Source: Thermoproteota archaeon
Lineage (GTDB): Archaea > Thermoproteota > Methanomethylicia > Methanomethylicales > Methanomethylicaceae
Direction of reading: 5' to 3'
Length of the DNA stretch: 64,000 nt
Assembly: GCA_029887765.1 (NCBI GenBank)
Contig: JARXPF010000001.1
Coordinates: 488 to 64,487 of the forward strand
Of this stretch, positions 9,917-20,292 are shown piece after piece (positions within the stretch are counted from its first letter, which is position 1; the number at the start of each line of letters is the position of its first letter). A program made the position numbers and the translations under genes. The notes below the pieces were generated by a model. The model was not told where the DNA came from. It was given only the letters and a program-made list of their open reading frames with translations, and did no database searches.

Positions 9917-10582
9917 TTGCCAAAAGTTAATACTAAGAAAGTAAAATGGGAAGAAGTTGAAAAATGGTGTAAAGAAGTAAGTGATAAAATATTAGATTCT
10001 GGTTGGAAACCTGATGTAATAATTGCTATATCAAGAGGAGGATTTGTTCCTGCTAGATTAATATGTGATTTATTAATTGTAGGAGAGCTTATATCTCTTC
10101 AAATTACTCATTGGCCTTCTGCTGCTCAAATGGCAAAAGAAGCAGGAATAAAATATTCTCTTCATTGTGATTTAAGTAGAAAAAATGCATTAATTGTAGA
10201 TGATATTGCTGATACTGGAGATTCTATAATTATTGCAAAAGATCATGTATGGACTAATTGTAGACCAAAAGAACTTAAAGTTGCTACATTACAATGGATT
10301 TCAAAAACTAGTAAAATAAAACCAGATTATTATGCTGAAGAAGTAAAAGAATGGATTTGGTATCAATATCCTTGGACTAGATTAGAGGATATTATAGGAT
10401 TTACAAAACGTATAATAGAAGAAAATAAAGATTTAGAATTTGATTTAAAAATACTTAATGAAAAATTTATTGAATATTATGGAGTTACATTTGATGAATG
10501 GTATTATGAAAAAGCATTAAATTATTTATTTAATACTGGTTTTCTTATAGAAAAAGAAAATAAATATTTAATGAGGAGATAG
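9917..10582 (+). CDS. Purine phosphoribosyltransferase (type I PRT)
   Basis: AISRGG, LIVDDIADTG PRPP loop, YPW motif; TTG start with GGTGA SD. Confidence 0.85.
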   Translation: MPKVNTKKVKWEEVEKWCKEVSDKILDSGWKPDVIIAISRGGFVPARLICDLLIVGELISLQITHWPSAAQMAKEAGIKYSLHCDLSRKNALIVDDIADTGDSIIIAKDHVWTNCRPKELKVATLQWISKTSKIKPDYYAEEVKEWIWYQYPWTRLEDIIGFTKRIIEENKDLEFDLKILNEKFIEYYGVTFDEWYYEKALNYLFNTGFLIEKENKYLMRR

Positions 10583-10585
10583 ATT

Positions 10586-11377
10586 ATGTCATATAATGCA
10601 GATATAGGAATTATAGGAGGAAGTGGATTATACGATCCAGGATTATTTGAAAAAACAATTGAAATAAAAGTACATACTCCTTATGGATCGCCTTCAGATG
10701 TTTTAACTATAGGAGAATATAAAGGTATAAAAATAGCTTTTTTACCTAGACATGGAAAAAGACATTCCATTCCTCCACATTTAATAAATTATAGAGCAAA
10801 TATATGGGCAATGATGGATTTAGGTGTTAAAAGAATAATTGCTCCATCTGCAGTAGGAAGTTTAAAAGAAGAAATTAAGCCAGGAGATATTGTAATACCA
10901 GATCAATTCATAGATTTTACAAAAAAACGTGTATATTCTTTCTATGATGGTGCTGTAGTTGGACATTTTTCCTTAGCAGATCCTTTCTGTCCTGAATTAA
11001 ATAGTATATGTATAGAAACTGCAAAGAAATTAGGATTACAATGTCATTCTCCAGCTACTTATATATGTATAGAAGGACCAAGATTTTCTACAAGAGCAGA
11101 ATCAAGGTTATTTAAAAATTGGGGAGCAGATATTATAGGAATGACTTTAATTCCTGAAGTAATTTTAGCAAGAGAATGTGGAATATGTTATACTACTATT
11201 GCTACAGTTACAGATTATGATGTTTGGGCTGAAAAACCAGTAACTGCTGAAGAAGTATTAAATACTTTAAAGCAAAATGTTGAAAAAGTAAAAAAATTAT
11301 TAATGGAATTAATACCAAAAATTCCAAAAGAAAGAAAATGTCAATGTAAAAAATCATCTGAAGGAGCTTTAGTTTAA
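10586..11377 (+). CDS. mtnP: S-methyl-5'-thioadenosine phosphorylase
   Basis: [30 protein letters not shown] motifs. Confidence 0.9.
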   Translation: MSYNADIGIIGGSGLYDPGLFEKTIEIKVHTPYGSPSDVLTIGEYKGIKIAFLPRHGKRHSIPPHLINYRANIWAMMDLGVKRIIAPSAVGSLKEEIKPGDIVIPDQFIDFTKKRVYSFYDGAVVGHFSLADPFCPELNSICIETAKKLGLQCHSPATYICIEGPRFSTRAESRLFKNWGADIIGMTLIPEVILARECGICYTTIATVTDYDVWAEKPVTAEEVLNTLKQNVEKVKKLLMELIPKIPKERKCQCKKSSEGALV

Positions 11378-12751
11378 ATTATCAAATTTTTTTAATACTA
11401 ATCTTGTATTTGTACTCATTACACCTTTTATTATTCTTATACTTTCTAAAACTTCATTTAATTGTGTTATAGAATCTACACATATATGTGCTTCAATATC
11501 AAAATCACCACTAACTTCTAATACTTGTTTAATTCCCTTTACCCAAAGTAATCTTCTTGCGACTGCTGAAGTATATATATTAGATTGACATTTTATCATT
11601 ACTACTGCTTCTATTTTCTTTGGAATTTGTATTTCTAATTTCTTTCCAGTAATTCTTTCAGCAAGTTCAATTAAATCTACATCTCTATAACTTCTTATAT
11701 CTGGTCTATCTTTTATAGCTTGAAGTAGTTTCATTAATTCTTCTTCAGATAAACTAATTCCAAGTTTTCTTAATCTATCTTCTAATGCTGCTCTACCAGT
11801 ATATTTACTTATTACAATTTCTCTTTGTCTTCCAACAAGCTCAGGTGGAAAAGCTTCATATGTTCTAGGATCAAATATTACAGCTGCAGCATGAACGCCA
11901 CCTTTATGAGAAAATACATTATCACCTACTATAGGTTGAAGAGGAGATATTGGAATACCACTAAATTTCTCTACCATAGCTGAAAGTTCAGGAAGTTTAT
12001 CTAATTTTACTGTATCTATATCATATATAACTTTTAAAGCAACTGCAAAAGGTTCTAATGCTGTAATACCTGCTCTTTCTCCTAATCCATTTACTGTAGT
12101 ATGAACTGCAGTTGCTCCACCTTCTAAAGCTGCAATAGCATTAGCAACAGCCATTCCTAAATCATTATGACAATGTGCATCTAATTCAGCATTTTTAAGT
12201 TCTGAAGATAGTTTAAAGAATAATTCCTTAATTTTCATAGGAGTCATAAATCCTACAGTATCTGGTATACTTATTCTATCAGCTCCACTTTCTATAGCTG
12301 CTTTACATATTCTAATTAAGAAATTATAATCAGCTCTAGTAGCATCTTCAGCTGTAAATCTTACTTTTAATCCATGAGCTTTAGCATATTCTATACTTGA
12401 TACTGCAGTTTCAATAGCTTTTTCTTCATCCATTTTTAAAGATTTTAATTTTTCTTTTGTTACACCTAAAAATATAGCAACTCTATCTACATCACATTCA
12501 ATAGCAGCATCAATATCTGATTTTAAAGCTCTACTATGTGCTAAAATTTCTGCAGAAAGTTTTTCTAAAGAAATTTTCTTTACAGCATCATAGATATCTT
12601 TGGAAACTGCAGGATGACCTGCTTCTATCATATTAATTCCTATTTCATCAAGTTTTCTTGCAATTTGAATTTTTTCTTCTATTGTAAAAGATACTCCTGG
12701 AGTTTGTTCTCCTTCTCTTAATGTAGTATCTAATATTAGTACTTTTTTCAT
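11369..12751 (-). CDS. lysS: Homocitrate synthase with C-terminal RAM (Lrp ligand-binding) domain
   Basis: [27 protein letters not shown]-terminal EVSGDFDI...[11 protein letters not shown]-like domain as in Sulfolobales enzymes. Confidence 0.8.
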   Translation of the reverse strand: MKKVLILDTTLREGEQTPGVSFTIEEKIQIARKLDEIGINMIEAGHPAVSKDIYDAVKKISLEKLSAEILAHSRALKSDIDAAIECDVDRVAIFLGVTKEKLKSLKMDEEKAIETAVSSIEYAKAHGLKVRFTAEDATRADYNFLIRICKAAIESGADRISIPDTVGFMTPMKIKELFFKLSSELKNAELDAHCHNDLGMAVANAIAALEGGATAVHTTVNGLGERAGITALEPFAVALKVIYDIDTVKLDKLPELSAMVEKFSGIPISPLQPIVGDNVFSHKGGVHAAAVIFDPRTYEAFPPELVGRQREIVISKYTGRAALEDRLRKLGISLSEEELMKLLQAIKDRPDIRSYRDVDLIELAERITGKKLEIQIPKKIEAVVMIKCQSNIYTSAVARRLLWVKGIKQVLEVSGDFDIEAHICVDSITQLNEVLESIRIIKGVMSTNTRLVLKKFDNLN

Positions 12752-12932
12752 AGTACATGCACTTTAATAAATGAAGTTCGAACTTAAATATAAATATTTT
12801 CGTCTATTCATTTTTAAAATTCGTATTTTTTTCATGTAATTGATTCTTAAATAGTAATAAATAAAACGTAAAATGTTAAAAAATAAAAATATATCATATA
12901 TACATGTAGTAAAAAAAAGAGGGGTTAAAATT

Positions 12933-15905
12933 TTGGAAAATATTATAGGTAAAATTGAAGGTATAACAACAACAGAATCTTTCACAATGGTTTTAACAAA
13001 TTCTTGTATAGGAAAAGAAGATTATGTAGAAGTAGATTATGAAGGTAAAACTTATCTTTTAATTATAAAAGAAATTAAAAGAATTGGTGATAAACTTTTA
13101 GCAGATTGTATAGTAATAGGACAAACTCCTAAAACTCCTTTTCCATCAGGATTAGAAGTTAGAATTGCTTCAGAAGAAACTATAAGAAAAGGATTGGGAT
13201 TAACAACAACAGAAGCTGATGGTCTTTATATAGGAAAATTAAAATCAAGAGATTTAATGATATGGTTACCAGTAAAAAAACTTACAAGAATTTTTATTGT
13301 TGGTAAACCAGGATCTGGAAAATCTTATACAATGGGAGTAATTGCTGAAGAATTAATTAAAAAAGGAGTACCATTAGTAATAATAGATGCTCATGGAGAA
13401 TATTCAAGTTTAAAAGTACCTGCAGAATCTTATTCTGAAGAATTTAAAATAGAGCCAAAATCTTATTCTGAATATATTATAGAATTTGCTGATTTAACTT
13501 TTAATCCAGGTGCAGATATTGATATTTCTGCAATAGATAATTTAAAAATAGAAGACTTGGTATCTCAAATGCAATGTACTATAATAAATTTAAGAGGATT
13601 AGCAACTTCTGAACAATATTCTATTGTAGGAAAACTTTTGAATAGATTATTAGAAGCGATAATGATAATGCAAATACCTCCTTTTTATTTAGTATTAGAT
13701 GAAGCACATATATTTGCTGGAAGAAGTAAGCAAAAAGATCCATTAGTAAAAGAATGTTTAGATATTGTAAGAAGATTTGCTCAAGAAGGAAGAAAATTTG
13801 GAGCTAATTTAATAGTATTAACACAAAGACCTCAACTCTTAGATATGACTGTAAGAAGTCTTTCTGCTACTTGGATAATTCATCAACTTACTGATCCAAA
13901 TGATGTAAGAATAGCATTAGAAAGTGGAGGATTAAGTAAAGAGTGGAGTGAAAAAATTAATTGGCTTGAGCCTGGAGAAGCTATAATAACTGGAGATGTT
14001 GTTGAAAGAATACCATTACATATTAAAATAAGGAGAAGAGAAACAAGGCATGGTGCTCCTGGATTTAATCCATTAGATTTTGTTTCTCCAGAAGAGAAGG
14101 AGAAAATGAAGAAAAAACTAAGTTATTTAAAAACTCGTCAATTATATGTTATACAAGAAGGGCCTCCATCTCTTCCTTTACCTTCACTTTATTTACCAAT
14201 AAATATTGATGAAAAAATAATATTAGATAAATTAAAAGAAAATAGAACTTTTGATCATATTGAATTAATAAAATATAATTTAAAATATATGCCTGCATTA
14301 TTTGCAGAAGTTTCAGTAAATACTATGAGAAAAAATATTGAAATAAAAGATAGAATTAAAAGATTAATTCCAGTAGACTCTTCTATAACTACAATTGATT
14401 GGAGATATGAATCTGCTTATGGTTTAACTATAGATGATATTATAAATCCTTCACCTACTCTTCAAAGAGAAGGAAAACATCGTTCTCCATCTCCTTTAAT
14501 AATGGAGCCTTCAAGTATAGAAAATTTAAAAAATCTTTTGAAAAATTTTGCAATTTCAAAATTAACACAACAAGTATATTATCATAAAGAATTAAATGAA
14601 TATTCAAAATTAGGAGAATCAATTGAAGAATTTAAAAAGAGATTAAAAGAAAAATTAGAAATAATAAAGAAAAATAGAATTAATGAAGTTTCATTAACAT
14701 ATAATTCAAAAATAAAAGAAATAGAAAATTCAATAAAATCTATAAAAGATGAGTCTGAAAGTATAAAAAATCTTATTAATGAAATAGAAAGAGAACTTAA
14801 AGAACTTAAAAAAGAAAAAATAAAAGCTGAAAAAGAAGGAAGATCAACATTAAAAATATCAGAGCAAATTAAAACAAGAGAACTTAGAATTTCTAGACTT
14901 GAAAATAGATTATCTGAATTAAGTAGTAAAGTCATGGAATATAAAAAAGAAATGGAAATTTTAGAAGATAAAAAGAATGATGAAATTAAGAATATTACAA
15001 ATGAAATTGATAATATTATTAATTCACCTATACAAACCATGGTATTTCAACCAAGAATAGATGAAATTACAATAGAAGCAATGCATGTAATATGGATACC
15101 AATATTTGAAGCTATGTATAAAGCATACTTTAATGGTTTTAAAAAAGATTTAAAATTTGAATGGAATGGTGTAAATGGTAAAGGAATTTTTGGTAATTGT
15201 TCAGAATGTGGAATTACAATAAATCAATTACCTGATCAATTTATATGTTATAAATGTGGTGAAGTTTATTGTCAAGAACATTTAGTTTTATGTAATGAAT
15301 GTCAAAGAGGAATTTGTAATGAACATAAAAGAATTTGTCCAAATTGTGGAAAAATATATTGTATAGATGAAAAAACGTACATATGTACTAATTGTGGTAA
15401 AGAATTATGTATTAATTGTGTATTAAGATGTAGTGAATGTAAAGAAGTTTATTGTATAGAACATGTAAAAGAATGTAAAGTTTGTAATTCTAAATTATGT
15501 ATAAATCATTATAATGAACATGTAAAAGAATGTTCTAATTGTAAAAAACCATTATGTATACTTGAACAATTATTTTGTAAAATATGTAATAAAATATTAT
15601 GTAAAGATTGTGCAATTAAATGTTCAGAATGTGAAAATTATGTTTGTAATAAGCATATATGGTATTGTTCAGCATGTAGTAGAGCATTATGTATAAATGA
15701 AGATCGCTATGAATGTATTTCATGTAAAAAACCTCTATGTAGATTATGTGTAGCAACTTGTCAATTATGTGGAAATAACTTATGTAGACTTCATATCTAT
15801 ACTTGTCCAAATTGTGGAAGAGAAATTTGTCCCATGTGTATTATTGAAAAGAAGAAATTTGGAATATTTAAGAAAAATGTATGTAAAATATGTGCTCTTA
15901 AATAG
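12933..15905 (+). CDS. HerA/FtsK-like (DUF87/DUF853) ATPase with coiled coil and Cys-rich C-terminal repeats
   Basis: GKPGSGKS, LVLDEAH, EGRKFG, TQRP; coiled coil about aa 580-715; 13 C-x2-C-x4-C-x2-(H/C/E) units; probable TTG start 12933 after GAGGGG. Confidence 0.85.
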   Translation: MENIIGKIEGITTTESFTMVLTNSCIGKEDYVEVDYEGKTYLLIIKEIKRIGDKLLADCIVIGQTPKTPFPSGLEVRIASEETIRKGLGLTTTEADGLYIGKLKSRDLMIWLPVKKLTRIFIVGKPGSGKSYTMGVIAEELIKKGVPLVIIDAHGEYSSLKVPAESYSEEFKIEPKSYSEYIIEFADLTFNPGADIDISAIDNLKIEDLVSQMQCTIINLRGLATSEQYSIVGKLLNRLLEAIMIMQIPPFYLVLDEAHIFAGRSKQKDPLVKECLDIVRRFAQEGRKFGANLIVLTQRPQLLDMTVRSLSATWIIHQLTDPNDVRIALESGGLSKEWSEKINWLEPGEAIITGDVVERIPLHIKIRRRETRHGAPGFNPLDFVSPEEKEKMKKKLSYLKTRQLYVIQEGPPSLPLPSLYLPINIDEKIILDKLKENRTFDHIELIKYNLKYMPALFAEVSVNTMRKNIEIKDRIKRLIPVDSSITTIDWRYESAYGLTIDDIINPSPTLQREGKHRSPSPLIMEPSSIENLKNLLKNFAISKLTQQVYYHKELNEYSKLGESIEEFKKRLKEKLEIIKKNRINEVSLTYNSKIKEIENSIKSIKDESESIKNLINEIERELKELKKEKIKAEKEGRSTLKISEQIKTRELRISRLENRLSELSSKVMEYKKEMEILEDKKNDEIKNITNEIDNIINSPIQTMVFQPRIDEITIEAMHVIWIPIFEAMYKAYFNGFKKDLKFEWNGVNGKGIFGNCSECGITINQLPDQFICYKCGEVYCQEHLVLCNECQRGICNEHKRICPNCGKIYCIDEKTYICTNCGKELCINCVLRCSECKEVYCIEHVKECKVCNSKLCINHYNEHVKECSNCKKPLCILEQLFCKICNKILCKDCAIKCSECENYVCNKHIWYCSACSRALCINEDRYECISCKKPLCRLCVATCQLCGNNLCRLHIYTCPNCGREICPMCIIEKKKFGIFKKNVCKICALK

Positions 15906-16419
15906 TTTTTATAAAAGCTCTAAATAGCCATGGAAGCATTAAAAATGAAGATAATATTTCTGGTATAGCAACACCTTTAAATAAAAATCCTTGAAAATGT
16001 AATATCCATATTGGAATTTCTAATAATACAATTAAGGAGAGATAGCATTTTTCTTCAATAAAATAAGCTATAGATGAAAATAACAGAGATGAGAATAATA
16101 GAATTGAAACATAGAAATGAATTATACCATAATTTTCACAAAAAAGAGCTACTAATTGTAAACAAATTCCATTAAAAATTAAAAAATAAGAAGTCTTTGG
16201 TGCATGATATGCTAATGCTTTAATAGAATAGAAAATAATTAATAAACCAGATATTAATAATCCAAAATTAAATATTGGAGCACTACTATGATTTAAATTT
16301 CCTAAATCACTTAAAGCATTTTCTACCCATTTAAACCAAGGAGAAATACTTATGGAAATAAAAATAGAAGAATAAAGTACAATTATAGCAAGAATACCAT
16401 ATATTGCATTTTTATTCAT
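15898..16419 (-). CDS. DUF998-like membrane protein
   Basis: NALSDLG, FNFGL, H..VS and AIPE motifs in TM context. Confidence 0.7.
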   Translation of the reverse strand: MNKNAIYGILAIIVLYSSIFISISISPWFKWVENALSDLGNLNHSSAPIFNFGLLISGLLIIFYSIKALAYHAPKTSYFLIFNGICLQLVALFCENYGIIHFYVSILLFSSLLFSSIAYFIEEKCYLSLIVLLEIPIWILHFQGFLFKGVAIPEILSSFLMLPWLFRAFIKTI

Positions 16420-16519
16420 GAATTATATTTTATTTTTAGAAATTTAAATAGATAGCTAAGACTTAAAAAGGTGTAATTTCATAAACTATAGCAAAACATT
16501 GCTAATTGGAGGTGAGTGA

Positions 16520-16816
16520 ATGGCTGAAACAACACAACCAAAACAACCAATGCCTAGAGGTGTTATTTTAGTAGGCAAAAAGCCAATAATGAGCTATGCC
16601 ATGGCAGCATTAATGCAATTAAGAGACGATGGAGAAATAACAATAAAAGCAAGAGGAAGGGCTATTTCTGCTGCTGTTGATGTAGCAGAAGTTATTACAA
16701 AGAGATTCTTAAACAATGAGGCCTTTGTAAAAGATGTAATAATTGGTACTGAAACAGTTGGAAATCCACCAAGAAATGTTTCAACAATAGAAATAAAACT
16801 ATCTATGAAGAAGTAA
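16520..16816 (+). CDS. albA: Chromatin protein Alba
   Basis: VGKKP..Y, KARGRAISAAVDVAE, VSTIEI motifs; strong SD GGAGGTG. Confidence 0.95.
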   Translation: MAETTQPKQPMPRGVILVGKKPIMSYAMAALMQLRDDGEITIKARGRAISAAVDVAEVITKRFLNNEAFVKDVIIGTETVGNPPRNVSTIEIKLSMKK

Positions 16817-16821
16817 AAACT

Positions 16822-16858
16822 GGCCGGCATACCGGCCTTAATTTTTCTATTTTTATTA
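16822..16858 (+). terminator. GC-rich hairpin GGCCGG-CATA-CCGGCC followed by a T-rich tract
   Basis: Perfect 6-bp all-GC stem (16822-16837) just after the alba stop in an AT-rich background. Confidence 0.55.
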
Positions 16859-16906
16859 TCGTATAGTTTAAATAAAAAAATTAAAATAGAAAATTCGGAG
16901 ATAACC

Positions 16907-17560
16907 ATGAGTGAGTATATTCTTAATGAATTAGCAGAAGCTGTAATATTAGGTGATGAAGAAAAAGCAAAAAATGTTGCAAAAAAAGCTATTGAAATAG
17001 GAATAGATCCATTAATAGCAATAAATGATGGATTAATGAAAGGAATGCGACAGATAAGTGAAGATTTCAGTAATCTAAAAGTATATTTACCAGAAGTAAT
17101 GTTAGCAGCAGAAGCAATGAAAGCAGCTCTTTCTATACTTGAACCAAAAATATTAGAAAAAAAATTAACAGAAGAAAAAAGAAAAGTTGTTATTGGAACA
17201 ATTCAAGGAGATATTCATGATATAGGAAAGAATATTGTAGCTCTTTTACTTAAAGCAAATGGATTTGAAGTTTATGATTTAGGAAGAGATGTACCTGTAG
17301 ATGAATTTATTAAAAAAGCAGAAGAAGTAAAAGCAGATATTATAGCAGCATCAACACTTTTATCAACATCAATGCCATACATGGAGGATTTAATAAAAAT
17401 GTTAAATGAAAGAAATCTAAGAGATAAATACATAGTAATGGTAGGTGGTGGACCTGTAACAAGAGAATGGGCAAAAAGTATAGGAGCAGATGGTTATGGA
17501 GAAGATGGAGAAGAAGCTGTAAAAGTAGCAAAGGAATTGATAAAGGTGAAAAATAAATGA
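16907..17560 (+). CDS. Methyltransferase corrinoid protein (MtmC/MtbC/MttC-like)
   Basis: Cap domain plus B12-binding GDIHDIG, STLLS, VGGGP motifs. Confidence 0.92.
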   Translation: MSEYILNELAEAVILGDEEKAKNVAKKAIEIGIDPLIAINDGLMKGMRQISEDFSNLKVYLPEVMLAAEAMKAALSILEPKILEKKLTEEKRKVVIGTIQGDIHDIGKNIVALLLKANGFEVYDLGRDVPVDEFIKKAEEVKADIIAASTLLSTSMPYMEDLIKMLNERNLRDKYIVMVGGGPVTREWAKSIGADGYGEDGEEAVKVAKELIKVKNK

Positions 17561-18915
17561 TAAGTATTTGGGAAGTTTTAGATAGAGCAGAAACAGGACA
17601 ATATATGGAAGAAAGAGATTTTGATATTAAAATTGTAGCTAAAAAATGTAGAGAATTAGTAAAAGAATATGATATAAAATTTAATCCTAATGAAATTATT
17701 ACAACTGATGATTCAATGGCTGATGATGTATTTGAAGCTGGTTTTAAATTAGCTCTTGAGACTGGTATTTATTGTATAAATACAAAACGTATAATAAAAT
17801 TTGATGAAAGTGAAATAAAAGAAGGTATTGAAACTGCTCCTCATGAAATTATAGTAGGAGAAGGAAGAGATGCTAGGATTCTTTATGCAAGAGGAATAGA
17901 AGATAGAAGAAGACCAATAATATGTGGAGGACAAGCTGGTGCTACAATACCTGAAGAATGGTATGTACCAATGGCCATGTCTTATATGAAAGAACCCTTA
18001 ATTGATATGATAAATCATGGAGGAATTGCTATTGTTGAAGGAAGAAAAGTTAGAACTCATTCTCCTCTTGAAATTCAAGCTACAAGAAGAGAACTTTCAA
18101 TGTTAAAAGAAGCAGCAGCAAGATCAGGAAGACCTGGAATAGGGCTTATTGCAGGAGAAAGTAGTGTATCTGTATTAGGTGATTTAGCTATTGCTTCTGA
18201 AAAATATATGAAAACTTGTGATTCTCATTTAGTTGCTCTACTTAATGAACTTAAAACTGATTATGATAGACTTTCTAAAGCAGTTAATTTTACTGAATAT
18301 GGAGCTTATAATGTAACATTAGTAGATCCTATTATTGGAGGATATGCTGGAGGTCCTGAAGGTGTAGCTATATGTTTTATTGCTTCATTTCTACTTGGAA
18401 GACTTCTCTATAAATCAGAATATCATGTATGTCATCCTATACATTTTCGCTATGTTAGTACTAGTGCAATAGAATGCTTATGGAATTTAAATATAGTAGG
18501 TCAAGCAATGGCAAGAAATGCAAAATTCATAATAATGGGAGATGTTTGGACATCAGCAGGTGCTGGAAGTGAAATGATATTTTATGAAATTACTGCTAAT
18601 ACTATAACTAATGTAGTAACTGGAACTCATCCATTAGGAGTCTCAGCTACTAATGGAAAATATCCACATGCTTCAGGATTAGAAACAAAATTTATGGCAG
18701 AAGTAGCAATTGCTGCAACTAAATTAAATAGAAGTAATGCAAATGAAATTGTTACAAAACTTTCAAAAGAATATAAAGATAAAATGAATAATCCTGATAT
18801 AGGTAAGCCTTTTCCTGAATTATATGATATAAGAAAAGTTATACCAAATCCTGAATGGATGGCATTATATAAAGAAATGAAAAAGAAAATTGGTGATATC
18901 ACTGGATTATGGTGA
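17557..18915 (+). CDS. mtmB: MtmB-family methyltransferase homolog without pyrrolysine
   Basis: ADDVFEAG, GRPGIG, ELKTD, GGYAGGPEG motifs; no in-frame TAG. Confidence 0.85.
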   Translation: MISIWEVLDRAETGQYMEERDFDIKIVAKKCRELVKEYDIKFNPNEIITTDDSMADDVFEAGFKLALETGIYCINTKRIIKFDESEIKEGIETAPHEIIVGEGRDARILYARGIEDRRRPIICGGQAGATIPEEWYVPMAMSYMKEPLIDMINHGGIAIVEGRKVRTHSPLEIQATRRELSMLKEAAARSGRPGIGLIAGESSVSVLGDLAIASEKYMKTCDSHLVALLNELKTDYDRLSKAVNFTEYGAYNVTLVDPIIGGYAGGPEGVAICFIASFLLGRLLYKSEYHVCHPIHFRYVSTSAIECLWNLNIVGQAMARNAKFIIMGDVWTSAGAGSEMIFYEITANTITNVVTGTHPLGVSATNGKYPHASGLETKFMAEVAIAATKLNRSNANEIVTKLSKEYKDKMNNPDIGKPFPELYDIRKVIPNPEWMALYKEMKKKIGDITGLW

Positions 18916-19115
18916 TTTTTTTGAGTTATAAGATTGATGAAATTACTAAAAGAGCTTTTGAAGGAAATTACATGGAAGAAAAGGACTTTGATATTCTTTT
19001 AATGAAAAAATGTAGAGAATTAGTAAAAGAATATGATATAAAATTTAATCCTAATGAAATTATTACAACTGATGATTCAATGGCTGATGATGTATTTGAA
19101 GCTGGTTTTAAATTA
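17641..19115 (+). repeat. 111-bp perfect direct repeat (17641-17751 = 19005-19115) within the two mtmB paralogs
   Basis: Base-by-base comparison; encodes KKCRELVKEYDIKFNPNEIITTDDSMADDVFEAGFKL in both. Confidence 0.9.
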
Positions 19116-20291
19116 TTTTTAGAATTAGGATTTTATTGTCAAACTACAAGAAGATGTATAAAATTTGATGAAAGTGAAATAAAATATGAATTAAAAAATT
19201 TACCAGAAAGTATTACTATTGGAGAAGGAAAAGATGCTGTAAAAATGTATTTAAGAAAAATTGAAGATAATAAACCTCCAATAATTCATAGTGGACCTAC
19301 AGGAACTCTTTGTAGTGAAGGCGATATTTATATAAAAACACTTAGAAGTTATGCTCAAGAATTAGTTATAGATTCTATTGGAGCTGGAACTTTAGCTACT
19401 ATAGATGGATTTAAAATAAGAAAAGGCACTCCTCAAGAATTTAGAGCTGCTAGAATTTTAGCAAGATGGGCTAGACAAGCTATAACTGATGCAGGAAGAC
19501 CTGGAATGCATATAAATGATATAGCAGTAGTCAGTCCTGAAGCTAAGATATGTGCTTTAGATCCATATAATGGTATACGTAAAACTGATGGATTAATAGT
19601 TGCTCAAATGGTTGAACTTAAAACTAGTTTTTCACATTTATCATTAGTAGAACATTTAATGAGTTATGGTTGTTTTATAGGAAATCTCATGACTCCAATT
19701 TTAGGAGGATATGCTGGAGGTCCTGAAGGAACTGCAATTGTTACTATTGCAGAACATTTAGCTGGAGTTCTATGCTATAATGCACATTATCATTATCTAA
19801 GCTTAACAAATGTTAAAAATTTAAATGGAACTGATAGAAGAGGATTATGGACAATAAGTATTGTTGGACAAGCTCTTGCAAGAAATACAAAAATAATGAG
19901 TGTTTTTGATTGTTATTGTGCTGCTGGACCAGGCACAGAGATTTTATTAAGAGAAGCAGCTGCAGGAGGTGTTGCTGCAACTGTAAGTGGATTACATTTA
20001 ATGGGATGTGGCTCATGTGGAGGAAAATTAATGGATCATGCAACTGGACTTGAAGCAAGATTATTAAAAGAAGTAGGTTTGGCTTCAACTGGAATGAAAA
20101 GGGAAAATGCTAATGATTTTCTAAATAAATGGATACCATTATATGAAGAATGGTTAGATATAACAAAAGCACCAAAAGGAAAAACTTTTCAAGAACTCTA
20201 TGACTTAACAGTAGTAAAACCAAAAGAAGAGTGGATGAATATTTATAATAAAATAAAAGAAGAATTAAAAGACTTTGGAATAATTATATAA
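18921..20291 (+). CDS. mtmB: Second MtmB-family methyltransferase homolog without pyrrolysine
   Basis: AGRPGM, ELKTS, GGYAGGPEG, TGLEAR, GKTFQELYD motifs; probable TTG start 18921 after GGTGA. Confidence 0.85.
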   Translation: MSYKIDEITKRAFEGNYMEEKDFDILLMKKCRELVKEYDIKFNPNEIITTDDSMADDVFEAGFKLFLELGFYCQTTRRCIKFDESEIKYELKNLPESITIGEGKDAVKMYLRKIEDNKPPIIHSGPTGTLCSEGDIYIKTLRSYAQELVIDSIGAGTLATIDGFKIRKGTPQEFRAARILARWARQAITDAGRPGMHINDIAVVSPEAKICALDPYNGIRKTDGLIVAQMVELKTSFSHLSLVEHLMSYGCFIGNLMTPILGGYAGGPEGTAIVTIAEHLAGVLCYNAHYHYLSLTNVKNLNGTDRRGLWTISIVGQALARNTKIMSVFDCYCAAGPGTEILLREAAAGGVAATVSGLHLMGCGSCGGKLMDHATGLEARLLKEVGLASTGMKRENANDFLNKWIPLYEEWLDITKAPKGKTFQELYDLTVVKPKEEWMNIYNKIKEELKDFGIII

Positions 20292-20292
20292 A

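Noticed and set aside
12764..12985. 73-aa minus-strand ORF
   Set aside because: Spans the divergent promoter and overlaps the ATPase start; low-complexity AT-rich translation.
14600..15010. Lys/Glu-rich low-complexity DNA as a tandem repeat
   Set aside because: Explained by coiled-coil coding; no discrete nucleotide repeat unit.
17641..19115. 111-bp repeat as a DGR template/variable repeat or IS end
   Set aside because: The copies are identical with no adenine-specific differences, lie at homologous positions of paralogs, and no reverse transcriptase or transposase is present.
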